Positions 49,581 through 57,924 are shown, counted from the stretch's first letter. The stretch: DNA of 64,000 bases from Gemmatimonadales bacterium (GCA_036265815.1 DATAOI010000102.1:45194-109193), one strand, 5' to 3'. Translations and numbers: made by a program. Notes: generated by a model not told the origin, from the sequence alone.

Positions 49581-50048
49581 ATGAGTACGCCGGCACTGCT
49601 CCTGGGTACGGCGCTGTGGCTGCTGCCGACACCCGCGCGTCACCCGATGCACACGGCGGTCACCGAGATCGTGTACCAGGCCATCAGCGCCTCGGCGACC
49701 ATCCGGGTTCGGGTGTTCCTGGACGACCTCACCACGGCCGTCGGCAGACCACCCGGTACGCCCGTCGGTGATTCGGCGATGGCTCGATACGTGACGGCCG
49801 GCCTGACCGTCACCGACGGAACAGGAAGGCGTCTGCCGCTCCGCTGGGAGGGCTCCGAGCAGACCGGAGACGTCATGCTGCTCCGCCTCACTGCGGCGGC
49901 CCCGGCGGGGCTCGACGGCGGGTCGGTGGGCAGCAGGCTGCTCACCGAGCGGTTCGAGGACCAGGTCAACATCGTACGGGTCAGCTGGAGCGGCCGCACC
50001 AGGACACTGCTCTTCACCCGGGGCGAGGCGGCGAAGCCGCTTGACTGA
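49581..50048 (+). CDS. DUF6702-like exported protein
   Basis: 155 aa. Starts 4 nt after HupE. Signal-like N-terminus then HPMHTAVTEIVY. The family name is from memory of HupE-adjacent genes. Confidence 0.5.
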   Translation: MSTPALLLGTALWLLPTPARHPMHTAVTEIVYQAISASATIRVRVFLDDLTTAVGRPPGTPVGDSAMARYVTAGLTVTDGTGRRLPLRWEGSEQTGDVMLLRLTAAAPAGLDGGSVGSRLLTERFEDQVNIVRVSWSGRTRTLLFTRGEAAKPLD

Positions 50049-50148
50049 GGCCGGGGCTTCTTGTGGACGCTCTACGGTGGCGTGTAGACTCTCTGTCGTC
50101 GTTCCGGACAGACCCGCTCGCCTGAGGAGCTTCCTCGCCCGATGGACC

Positions 50149-50754
50149 ATGTTTAGCCAGGCAGCCGCATCGCCCGCGTCGGCCGACGGCGATCTGATCG
50201 TCCAGGTGGCCGGCGGCGACGAGCGGGCCATCGCGACGCTCTACGAACGCTACGGCGGCGTGCTCTACGCGGTGGCGTACCGCATCGTGGGGCAACGGGC
50301 GGACGCCGAGGAGGTCGTGATCGAGGCCTTCGCGCAGGCCTGGCGCGAGGCCCCGCGCTTCGCGTCGGAGCGGGGATCGGTGGCGGGCTGGCTCACCATG
50401 ATCGCCCGGAGCCGGGCGCTGGATACCGTACGCGCCCGATCACGCCGCGACCGCCTCACCGCCTCCGCCGCGGCCGATCGAACCGGCCTCTCCCCCGCGA
50501 TGGGCGCGTGGCATTCTGACCCCGCCGGCGTGGTCGACCATGCCGAGCGTCGGGCCAAGGTGAGGGAGGCGCTGGAGTCGCTCTCGCCGCCGCAGCGCCA
50601 GGCCATCGAGCTGGCCTACTTCGAAGGCCTCTCGCAGTCGGAAATCGCCGAACGGCTCCAGGAGCCGCTGGGCACCATCAAGACGCGAGTGCGCCTCGCC
50701 ATGCAGAAGCTGCGCGAGTCCCTGCGGCCCTTTTATTTCGAGCGTGGCACATGA
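50149..50754 (+). CDS. ECF (sigma-70 group IV) RNA polymerase sigma factor
   Basis: ATG 50149 in track ORF 50041..50754. Region 2 LYERYGGVLYAVAYRIVGQRADAEEVVIEAF. Region 4 ELAYFEGLSQSEIAERLQEPLGTIKTRVRLAMQKLRE. Confidence 0.85.
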   Translation: MFSQAAASPASADGDLIVQVAGGDERAIATLYERYGGVLYAVAYRIVGQRADAEEVVIEAFAQAWREAPRFASERGSVAGWLTMIARSRALDTVRARSRRDRLTASAAADRTGLSPAMGAWHSDPAGVVDHAERRAKVREALESLSPPQRQAIELAYFEGLSQSEIAERLQEPLGTIKTRVRLAMQKLRESLRPFYFERGT

Positions 50755-51557
50755 GCCGCCCCGACCAGGACGCCCTGCTGGACCTGGCACCCGCCTACGC
50801 CCTCGGCGCGCTCTCCGCCGAGGAGGCGCAGCGGTTCGAGGCCTACCTCGCCACCTCGCCGGAGGCGCAACGCGAGGTCGCCGAGTACCGCGAGATCGGC
50901 GCGCTGCTGGCGCTTTCCGAAGCGGAGGCCCGCCCGGCACCCGATCTGGGGAGCCGGGTCCTCGCGCGGGTCAGCGAGCAGAAGACGACCACGTTGGCTG
51001 CCCGCCGGCCGGCCGCGACCCCCGGCCGGCCGGCCCCGCTGCTCTGGGGCGCTCTCGCGGCGAGCCTCATCGCCGCGGCTGGCCTGGGTGCGGGGTTGAT
51101 CTCGCTCCGCGGACGGGTGGATGCGCTGCGGACCGAGCTTGCGGCGCGAGAGCAGACCTTGAGCGAGCGCGAGCGTCTGCTCCGGGCGCGCGATGCCACG
51201 CTCAATGCGATCCTCGAGCCCGGGGTGAAGCTCTTCCAGCTCACCTCCAGCGGCGATCCGGAGCCGCTGATCCAGCTCTTCTGGGACCAGCGGCACAACG
51301 TAGCCATCCTGCACGGATTCCAGCTCAGGAGTGTGCCGCCAGGCCGGGCCTATCAGCTCTGGTTCGTCAAGGACGGCAAGCCGGTGCCCTCGATCACCTT
51401 CCAGCCCGAATCGAGCGGCAAGGCCAAGGTGGAGCGGATCCCGGTCCCCACCGGCGGTACGCTGAGCGCGGCGGCGATCACCGTCGAGCCCGAGTCCGGG
51501 TCGTCCCAGCCGACCTCGCCCATCCTGCTCGTGGGACCGCTGCAGCAGAAGTCCTGA
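50751..51557 (+). CDS. Anti-sigma factor, RskA-like (single TM with a periplasmic C-terminal domain)
   Basis: 268 aa. ATGA overlap with the sigma gene. LAPAYALGALSAEEAQRFEAYLATSPEAQREVAEY, TM LLWGALAASLIAAAGLGAGLI, and C-terminal AAAITVEPESGS. Confidence 0.8.
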   Translation: MSRPDQDALLDLAPAYALGALSAEEAQRFEAYLATSPEAQREVAEYREIGALLALSEAEARPAPDLGSRVLARVSEQKTTTLAARRPAATPGRPAPLLWGALAASLIAAAGLGAGLISLRGRVDALRTELAAREQTLSERERLLRARDATLNAILEPGVKLFQLTSSGDPEPLIQLFWDQRHNVAILHGFQLRSVPPGRAYQLWFVKDGKPVPSITFQPESSGKAKVERIPVPTGGTLSAAAITVEPESGSSQPTSPILLVGPLQQKS

Positions 51558-51577
51558 TCCTATCGACGAGCCGCGAC

Positions 51578-53554
51578 GTGCGCCAAACCCGGAGCTTCCT
51601 GCCACCGAGCGCGGGCCCGGTGACCGGGCTGGCGCTCCTGATCGCGCTGGCCCTCCCCCTCTCCGCCCAGCTCCCGCCAGACCTCGCCCGTGAACGGAGA
51701 GAGTATGCTGCCTGGCTCACGACGGCGGCCACATCTCCCTTCGCGGTGATAGCGGTGCAGCCGGTCGGGGCGGGACTTCGGCTGGGTCCCGGCGACGCTG
51801 ACGTTCCCTTGACTGGATTAGCGGAGGCTCGGGTGACGCAGGCATCCGGTACCGTGACGCTGGATGGTCCGGATGGCCGGCGGAAGCTCTTGCCCGGACG
51901 CCTCACGGCCCTCGGACCCTATGCGGTGAGAGTTCAGGGGCCGCCGGACCGGGCTACGCTGGCCGTGTTCGGTGCTCGCCAGAACGCCCACGCGCCGGAG
52001 TACTACTCGTACGATCCCGGCCTCGCGCTCGACACCCGGCTGATCCCGCCGGAGCACCCCGAAGGTCTGCGGCTGCTCGCGCCCGATGGCGTGGAGCTGA
52101 AGGCCCAGGAGGCGGGAACGGTCGAGATCCAGGTGGGTGGCGCGAGGGTGAAGCTTCTGGTGCGGCGATTTCCCAGCGACACCGGGGGTGAGCCCGAGCT
52201 CCTGATCTACTTCAGGGACGGGACCAACGGACGGGGAACCTATCCCGCCGGTCGCTTCGTCCGTCTCCTCCCCGCGGGAGGCGATCGCTACCGGCTGGAC
52301 CTGAACCGCGCGGGCAATCCGTTCTGCGCCTACAGCTCGGTCTACCCCTGCCCCGCGCCGTGGCGCGGCAACACCATCTCAGCTCCAGTGGCGGCCGGCG
52401 AGCGCTACGGCAGTGAAACGAAGCCGGCGGAATCGTGGCGCGCGGCACTCGACCTTGCCGGCGGGCAGCTCCGGTTCGGGCTCGAAGTGGAAACGAGCGG
52501 AAGCGAACGGCGAGGACGGCTGTGCAACGGCCGTGTCTGCCAGTCGATCTCCGAGGTCCGCGTGCGAGGCGACAGCATCGAGTTCTCCATCGCGGACTAT
52601 GCGGCATCGATCACGGCGGCAGTGCGCGGCGATTCACTGGTGGGGAGCTATCGCAACGTCGGGAACCGGGGCCCTCGGGTGATCCCGTTTCACGCCTCCC
52701 GCGGTCGCTGGCCCTCCGCGCCCGCCCCGCCCGCGCTGCTCGGGCGCTGGGACGCGAGCTTTCTCCAGGACTGGGGCCCCAGCCCACGCATTTTCGAGTT
52801 CCGCAACGGACCAGCCGGCTTCGAGGGCACGGTGCTCTCCAGCACCGGCGACTACGGGCACTTCGCGGGCAGCGTGAGGGGAGACAGCTTCGCCCTGGCG
52901 CACTTCGACGGCTCGTTCGTCTACCTCCTCACCGGCCGGCTCCGGGGCGACACGCTGCGCGGAGTGTTCCATGCAGGCCTCCGCGCCCAGACTCCATGGA
53001 TCGCCGTCCGGAGCAGCCGGACCACTCACCTCAAGGCGGCGACGGAGATCACCAGGGCAGATACCAGCCGGCCGTTTCACTTCGCCTTTCCCGATCTTGC
53101 CGGACGGCTGGTCACCGAGCGGGATCCACGCTTCCGGGGCAAGGTCCTGCTGATCGATGTGTTCGGGACCTGGTGCCCCACCTGCCACGACGCGGCACCC
53201 GACCTGGTGCGGCTCTATCGCCGATACCACCGGCGAGGCCTGGAGATGGTGGGGCTGGCCTACGAGGTGACTGGCGACACGGCCACCGACGCGGCACAGG
53301 TCCGACGCTTCCGGGACAAGTTCGGGATCGAGTATCCGCTGCTCCTGGCGGGCATCAACGATACCGACGCGGCCGCGGCCACCCTACCGCAGCTTCAGGG
53401 ATTCACCTCATTCCCTACGACAGTATTCCTGGGACGCGACGGCAAGGTGCGGCGGGTGCACGCCGGGTTCTACGGCCCCAGCACGGGCGCGCAGCACGGG
53501 CGGGTGGTGCGGGAGTTCGAGCGGGAGATCGAACGGCTGCTGTCCGAACGCTGA
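51578..53554 (+). CDS. Exported fusion protein: DUF1684 domain, repeated beta-module and TlpA-like thioredoxin domain
   Basis: GTG 51578 is in frame in track ORF 50744..53554, whose 5' part is out-of-frame overlap with the sigma and anti-sigma genes. DUF1684 part: YFRDGTNGRGTYPAGRFV...NRAGNPFCAYSSVYPCPAPW. Thioredoxin part: GKVLLIDVFGTWCPTCHDAAPDL. Confidence 0.75.
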   Translation: MRQTRSFLPPSAGPVTGLALLIALALPLSAQLPPDLARERREYAAWLTTAATSPFAVIAVQPVGAGLRLGPGDADVPLTGLAEARVTQASGTVTLDGPDGRRKLLPGRLTALGPYAVRVQGPPDRATLAVFGARQNAHAPEYYSYDPGLALDTRLIPPEHPEGLRLLAPDGVELKAQEAGTVEIQVGGARVKLLVRRFPSDTGGEPELLIYFRDGTNGRGTYPAGRFVRLLPAGGDRYRLDLNRAGNPFCAYSSVYPCPAPWRGNTISAPVAAGERYGSETKPAESWRAALDLAGGQLRFGLEVETSGSERRGRLCNGRVCQSISEVRVRGDSIEFSIADYAASITAAVRGDSLVGSYRNVGNRGPRVIPFHASRGRWPSAPAPPALLGRWDASFLQDWGPSPRIFEFRNGPAGFEGTVLSSTGDYGHFAGSVRGDSFALAHFDGSFVYLLTGRLRGDTLRGVFHAGLRAQTPWIAVRSSRTTHLKAATEITRADTSRPFHFAFPDLAGRLVTERDPRFRGKVLLIDVFGTWCPTCHDAAPDLVRLYRRYHRRGLEMVGLAYEVTGDTATDAAQVRRFRDKFGIEYPLLLAGINDTDAAAATLPQLQGFTSFPTTVFLGRDGKVRRVHAGFYGPSTGAQHGRVVREFEREIERLLSER

Positions 53555-53566
53555 CCGGGCGGCGGG

Positions 53567-54112
53567 TCAGCTCTTCGACTTAAGGCTCGCCGTCCGGGCG
53601 TCGGGGTCGACTCGCAGGCCGAGATACTCACCCTGGATGGCGTGGCCGGGCACTCCGCAGAGGAGCCAGTACCACCCGGCCTGATCGGCGGTGAACGTGG
53701 TCTGGTCCGACTGGCCGGGGCGGAGCCCCGCAGTGACCATCCGGGTCATGGCGTTGGTGAAGGCCGCGCGACCGCCTTCGGTAGGGAGCTTCTCCCGCTC
53801 GCCCATGACCACCAGGCTGTGCGGCGCGGTGGAATCCGCCGACTGCCAGTCCCACTGCACGGTCCAGTTGAGCGGCACGACGATCTGCACCTCGCCGGCG
53901 CGGTGGCCGTTGATCAGGGCGGACGGCGCACCCGCGGGAGCGGTCACCTGGAGCGTGAGCCGGGCGGTCCGGGTAGCGCTGTCGGCGGTGAGCCAGACCG
54001 CCTCGGACGAGGGTGCCTGGGCGGCTGCGTCCGCCGGCAGGCACCCGATCGCAGCCAGGGCGGCGGCCGCGAGCAACGCGCCAACTCGTGGGATGCCGCT
54101 CATGCCCGTCAC
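53567..54112 (-). CDS. Cupredoxin (sulfocyanin/azurin-like) lipoprotein lacking the canonical axial Met
   Basis: 181 aa (ATG 54103 is an alternative start). Lipobox LAAIGC. Upstream ligand His in TAPHSLVVM. C-terminal loop WYWLLCGVPGHAIQGEYLGLRV, giving Cys-x4-His but no Met. Confidence 0.7.
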   Translation of the reverse strand: MTGMSGIPRVGALLAAAALAAIGCLPADAAAQAPSSEAVWLTADSATRTARLTLQVTAPAGAPSALINGHRAGEVQIVVPLNWTVQWDWQSADSTAPHSLVVMGEREKLPTEGGRAAFTNAMTRMVTAGLRPGQSDQTTFTADQAGWYWLLCGVPGHAIQGEYLGLRVDPDARTASLKSKS

Positions 54113-54207
54113 TCTAGCCCCCCGATCTGGCGCACGGTACCTTGATGCCGCTGCTCTCCGCTCGCGGCTGGCGAAGTTCGGCCGGAATCTAATGGAGGAG
54201 GCTGGCG

Positions 54208-55596
54208 ATGGCTGGATTACTGGCGCGGGAACGGATCGTCGCGAAACCGGGCTTCAATCGATGGCTGGTGCCGCCCGCCGCGTTGGCCATTCACCTGAGC
54301 ATCGGGCAGGCGTACGCCTTCAGCGTCTTCAAGCTGCCGCTCACCAAGGTGCTGGGCGTGAGCCAGCCTGCCCCGGGGGACTGGAAGCAGAGCGAGCTCG
54401 CCTGGATCTTCACCATCGCCATCGTGTTCCTGGGGCTGTCGGCCGCGGTGTTCGGCCGCTGGCTGGAGCATGCCGGCCCCCGCAAGAGCGGCGTAGTGGC
54501 CGCCCTTTGCTGGAGCCTGGGATTCATGATCTCCGCGGTGGGCGTCCGGACCCACCAGATCTGGCTGCTCTACCTCGGATATGGCGTGCTGGGCGGCTGC
54601 GGGCTGGGCCTGGGGTACATCACCCCCGTCTCGACCCTGATCAAGTGGTTTCCAGACCGGCGGGGAATGGCCACCGGCATGGCGATCATGGGGTTCGGCG
54701 GCGGGGCGATGATCGCGAGCCCGCTCTCGCAGATCCTGCTCGACCGATACAAGTCAGCCACCTCAGTCGGGGTGGCCGAGACCTTCGTCACCATCGGAAC
54801 GCTGTATCTCGTAGCGATGCTGGCCGGGGCGTTTCTCTTCCGGGTTCCCCCGGTCGGGTGGAAGCCGGCCGGGTGGGAGCCGCCTGCCCCGGACGCGCAG
54901 CGCCTGATCACCCAACACCACGTCCACGTGGACCAGGCGATCCGCACCACCCCGTTCTACTTCCTCTGGGCGGTCCTCTTCCTCAACGTGACCGCCGGTA
55001 TCGGGATCCTGGAGCAGGCTTCTCCGATGATCCAGGAGATGTTCAAGGGGGCGGTAAAGGCGAGCGCGGCGGCCGGATTCGTGGGGCTGCTCAGCCTGTT
55101 CAACATGGGCGGACGGTTCGGCTGGTCCTCACTGTCCGACCATATCGGCCGGAAGGCGACCTACGCGATCTTCTTCACCCTGGGGCCGCTGCTCTACGTG
55201 ACGCTACCCTATGCAGGCCGCATCGGGAGCGTGGAGCTGTTCGTCGCTTGCGCAGCGGTGATCCTGACCATGTACGGCGGCGGGTTCGCGACCATCCCGG
55301 CGTATCTCTCGGACATCTTCGGCACCCAGTACGTCGGTGCGATCCATGGGCGGCTCTTGACGGCCTGGTCGGCGGCCGGCGTGGCGGGCCCGGTGCTGGT
55401 GAACTACATCCGGGAGTATCGCATCGGTCGCGGAGTGCCCGCATCCGAGGCCTACAACTTCACCATGTACCTCATGGCCGGGCTGCTGGTGGTGGGCTTC
55501 TTCTGCAATCTGGCCGTTCGACCGGTGGCGGCCCGGTACTACATGACGGACGAGGAGCTGGCCCGGGACCGGGGCCTGGCACGCGGGACAGCCTGA
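54208..55596 (+). CDS. MFS transporter, oxalate/formate antiporter (OFA) family
   Basis: 462 aa. RBS GGAGGAGG. Typical OFA N-terminus GFNRWLVPPAALAIHLSIGQAYAFSVF. 12 TM spans. Confidence 0.85.
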   Translation: MAGLLARERIVAKPGFNRWLVPPAALAIHLSIGQAYAFSVFKLPLTKVLGVSQPAPGDWKQSELAWIFTIAIVFLGLSAAVFGRWLEHAGPRKSGVVAALCWSLGFMISAVGVRTHQIWLLYLGYGVLGGCGLGLGYITPVSTLIKWFPDRRGMATGMAIMGFGGGAMIASPLSQILLDRYKSATSVGVAETFVTIGTLYLVAMLAGAFLFRVPPVGWKPAGWEPPAPDAQRLITQHHVHVDQAIRTTPFYFLWAVLFLNVTAGIGILEQASPMIQEMFKGAVKASAAAGFVGLLSLFNMGGRFGWSSLSDHIGRKATYAIFFTLGPLLYVTLPYAGRIGSVELFVACAAVILTMYGGGFATIPAYLSDIFGTQYVGAIHGRLLTAWSAAGVAGPVLVNYIREYRIGRGVPASEAYNFTMYLMAGLLVVGFFCNLAVRPVAARYYMTDEELARDRGLARGTA

Positions 55597-55677
55597 CGAT
55601 TGCATAAAATCTGTTACCCCCGAATATTATTGCGGTCCAGGACCGGGCCGATGCCCTCGTAGTCCCGGGAGGAATTC

Positions 55678-55815
55678 ATGGCCGAGATTGACCCTTCCCC
55701 TCAGCTGCCGGCGGGACAATGGGGGCTGGTGGCGGTGGCATGGCTGCTGGTCGGGGTCCCGTTACTCTGGGGGGTCTGGAACACGCTGCTCAAGGCAGCA
55801 GCCCTCTTTCGCTGA
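55678..55815 (+). CDS. Untracked 45-aa single-TM protein downstream of the OFA transporter (candidate small transporter subunit)
   Basis: Below the ORF-track size cutoff. ATG 55678 is preceded by GGGAGGAA at 55667-55674. Product MAEIDPSPQLPAGQWGLVAVAWLLVGVPLLWGVWNTLLKAAALFR with high GC3. TGA at 55813-55815. Confidence 0.6.
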   Translation: MAEIDPSPQLPAGQWGLVAVAWLLVGVPLLWGVWNTLLKAAALFR

Positions 55816-56208
55816 GCGCAACTCTTTGCACATCATGGGCTTGGAGTCGTGAAACGCGGTGGAAATGGGCCACTGTAGCGAACTTGGGGTCTTGACGGCA
55901 GGATCGGACCTCGCAGATTGTAACCCGTCCATCACTTAGCGCTGCCGAACCGACACGCCCCCTGGGCGTTGCCTCCGCGGCTTGCCGGCCGCAACGATCA
56001 CATCGCTGCTGTACCCAGGTGCGCGGGCCCGATGCGGGCAGGCGCGCGGGATAGCTCGGATCGGCGGACACACCGCAAAGTTATGCATGGCCCGAAGTCC
56101 GGCACCAGCCAGGGTTCGGGCGACCGGGCAGGCCCCTCGGTATCTCTACCGGGCCGCTGCGGATCGCTTCGCGCTCCGCCCACTCGTACTCGCTCGAGGA
56201 GAGTGTTC

Positions 56209-57873
56209 ATGACAATCGGCTCGCGTTGGTTGGTGGCCCCGGTGCTCCTCGCCCTCGCCGGTCCCGCCGCCGCCCAGGGCAGCGGAGACTGGACCACCTA
56301 CGGCGGCAACGACTGGAACCAGCGATACTCGACCCTGAAGACGATCAACACCAGCAACGTGTCCAAGCTGGTTCCCCGAATGATCTTCCAGACCGGAGTG
56401 ACGAAGCTGGGATCGTTCGAGAATACCCCGATCGTCAGCAAGGGCATGATGTACGTGACCACTCCGTACAACACGGCGATCGCCTACGATCTGACCACCA
56501 AGAAGGAAGTCTGGCGCTACGAGCACAAGCTGGGCACCACGATCTTCTGTTGCGGCCCCAATAATCGTGGGTTCGGCATGCACGGCGGGGCGCACCTCTA
56601 CATGGGCACCCTCGACGGCCACCTGGTAGCGCTCGACGCGAAGGACGGCAAGGTGCTGTGGGACAAGGAAGTCGGCGATCCCGCCTTTGGATACAGCATC
56701 ACCCACGCCCCCCTCATCATCGGGGACAATGTCATCGTCGGCGTCTCCGGCGGCGAATACGGCATCCGCGGCTACGTCACGGCCTACAACGCCATGTCCG
56801 GCGAGCAGGTGTGGCGCTGGTACTCGATCCCGGCCCCCAATGGCGATCCGACGTTCGACGACAAGGCCCCCAATGGCTGGTTCGGCACGTGGGCCCCGAA
56901 GGCCGAGGATGCCGATCTCCACCGCGACGTCGCGAAGGAGAAGGGCGATAGCTCCAAGTTCGCCGACGCCTGGAAGACCGGCGGCGGCGGCGTCTGGACC
57001 ACGCCGGCGTACGACAAGGACCTGAATACGATCTTCCTGTCGGTCGGCAACCCGTCGCCCGATCTGGATGGCAGCGTGCGGCCGGGTGACAATCTCTACA
57101 CCGACTGCATCGTCGCCATCGATGCAACGTCCGGGAAGACCAAGTGGTACTACCAGACGGTCCCGCACGACGTCTGGGACCTCGACGCCACGTCGCCACC
57201 GGCCGTGGTCACCATCGGTGGCACCAAGGCCGTGATCCATGCGGGCAAGACCGGCTGGGTGTACGTCCTCGATGCGTCCAGCGGCAAGCTCATCCGCAAG
57301 AGCCAGAACTTCGTCCCGCAGGAGAACATGTTCGCCCTGCCGACGGAGAAGGGCGCCCGGATGCTGCCGGGCGCCAATGGCGGCTCGGAGTGGTCACCGG
57401 TCTCGATCAATCCGACCCTGGGCTATGCGTATGTGGCCGCGCTGCACCAGCCGATGAACTACATCGTGCACACCGCTCCGTGGGAAAAGGGCCGCCTCTG
57501 GCTCGGCTCCGCCTTCGTTGCCATCCCGGGCGAGGAGCAGTACGGGCTCTTCTCGGCCGTGGACCTCAAGACCGGCAAGGTCGTCTGGCAGAACAAAGTC
57601 CCCCAGCCGATGATGGGCGGCTCGCTGGCCACGGCCGGCGGACTCACCTTCACCGGTGAAGGCAACGGGAACTTCAACGCCTACGATTCCAAGACCGGCA
57701 AGATGCTGTGGCAGTTCAATGCCGGCGCAGGCTGCAACTCCGCCCCCATGAGCTTCACGCAGGCGGGCGAGCAGTTCATCGCGGTGGCCTGCGGCGGCAA
57801 CTTCCAGATCAGCTATCCGCTGGGTGACGCTCTGATGGTCTTCGGCCTCCCGGCCAAAGCGATGAAGAAGTAG
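56209..57873 (+). CDS. PQQ-dependent alcohol dehydrogenase (methanol/ethanol family) with the lanthanide-type D-x-D signature
   Basis: ATG 56209 is preceded by GAGGAGAG, inside track ORF 55969..57873. Signal peptide ends LAGPAAAQG. Motifs WTTYGGN, vicinal disulfide FCCGPNNRG, SGGEYGIRG, VGNPSPD, and PHDVWDLDA (Asp at codons 324 and 326). Confidence 0.85.
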   Translation: MTIGSRWLVAPVLLALAGPAAAQGSGDWTTYGGNDWNQRYSTLKTINTSNVSKLVPRMIFQTGVTKLGSFENTPIVSKGMMYVTTPYNTAIAYDLTTKKEVWRYEHKLGTTIFCCGPNNRGFGMHGGAHLYMGTLDGHLVALDAKDGKVLWDKEVGDPAFGYSITHAPLIIGDNVIVGVSGGEYGIRGYVTAYNAMSGEQVWRWYSIPAPNGDPTFDDKAPNGWFGTWAPKAEDADLHRDVAKEKGDSSKFADAWKTGGGGVWTTPAYDKDLNTIFLSVGNPSPDLDGSVRPGDNLYTDCIVAIDATSGKTKWYYQTVPHDVWDLDATSPPAVVTIGGTKAVIHAGKTGWVYVLDASSGKLIRKSQNFVPQENMFALPTEKGARMLPGANGGSEWSPVSINPTLGYAYVAALHQPMNYIVHTAPWEKGRLWLGSAFVAIPGEEQYGLFSAVDLKTGKVVWQNKVPQPMMGGSLATAGGLTFTGEGNGNFNAYDSKTGKMLWQFNAGAGCNSAPMSFTQAGEQFIAVACGGNFQISYPLGDALMVFGLPAKAMKK

Positions 57874-57924
57874 GCAGCGATTCCGGCCGGTAGGGCTCTT
57901 GTCGGGCCCTGCCGGCCGATTCGT

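Noticed and set aside
50744-53554. A single 936-aa gene spanning the sigma, anti-sigma and DUF1684 region
   Set aside because: The first 278 codons are an out-of-frame read through the sigma and anti-sigma genes, giving Arg/Pro/Gly-rich nonsense. Recognisable protein begins only at GTG 51578, with a signal peptide.
55865-55939. 24-codon ORF (MGHCSELGVLTAGSDLADCNPSIT) considered as a PqqA-like precursor peptide next to the PQQ enzyme
   Set aside because: It lacks the conserved Glu-x3-Tyr motif of PqqA. It has no RBS and poor codon bias.
55790-56071. 93-aa minus-strand ORF with CxxC...CxxxxxC (a possible zinc-ribbon protein) in the dehydrogenase leader
   Set aside because: GC3 is only moderate and decays along the ORF. 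It overlaps the end of the better-supported 45-aa plus-strand ORF. There is no RBS and no recognisable family.
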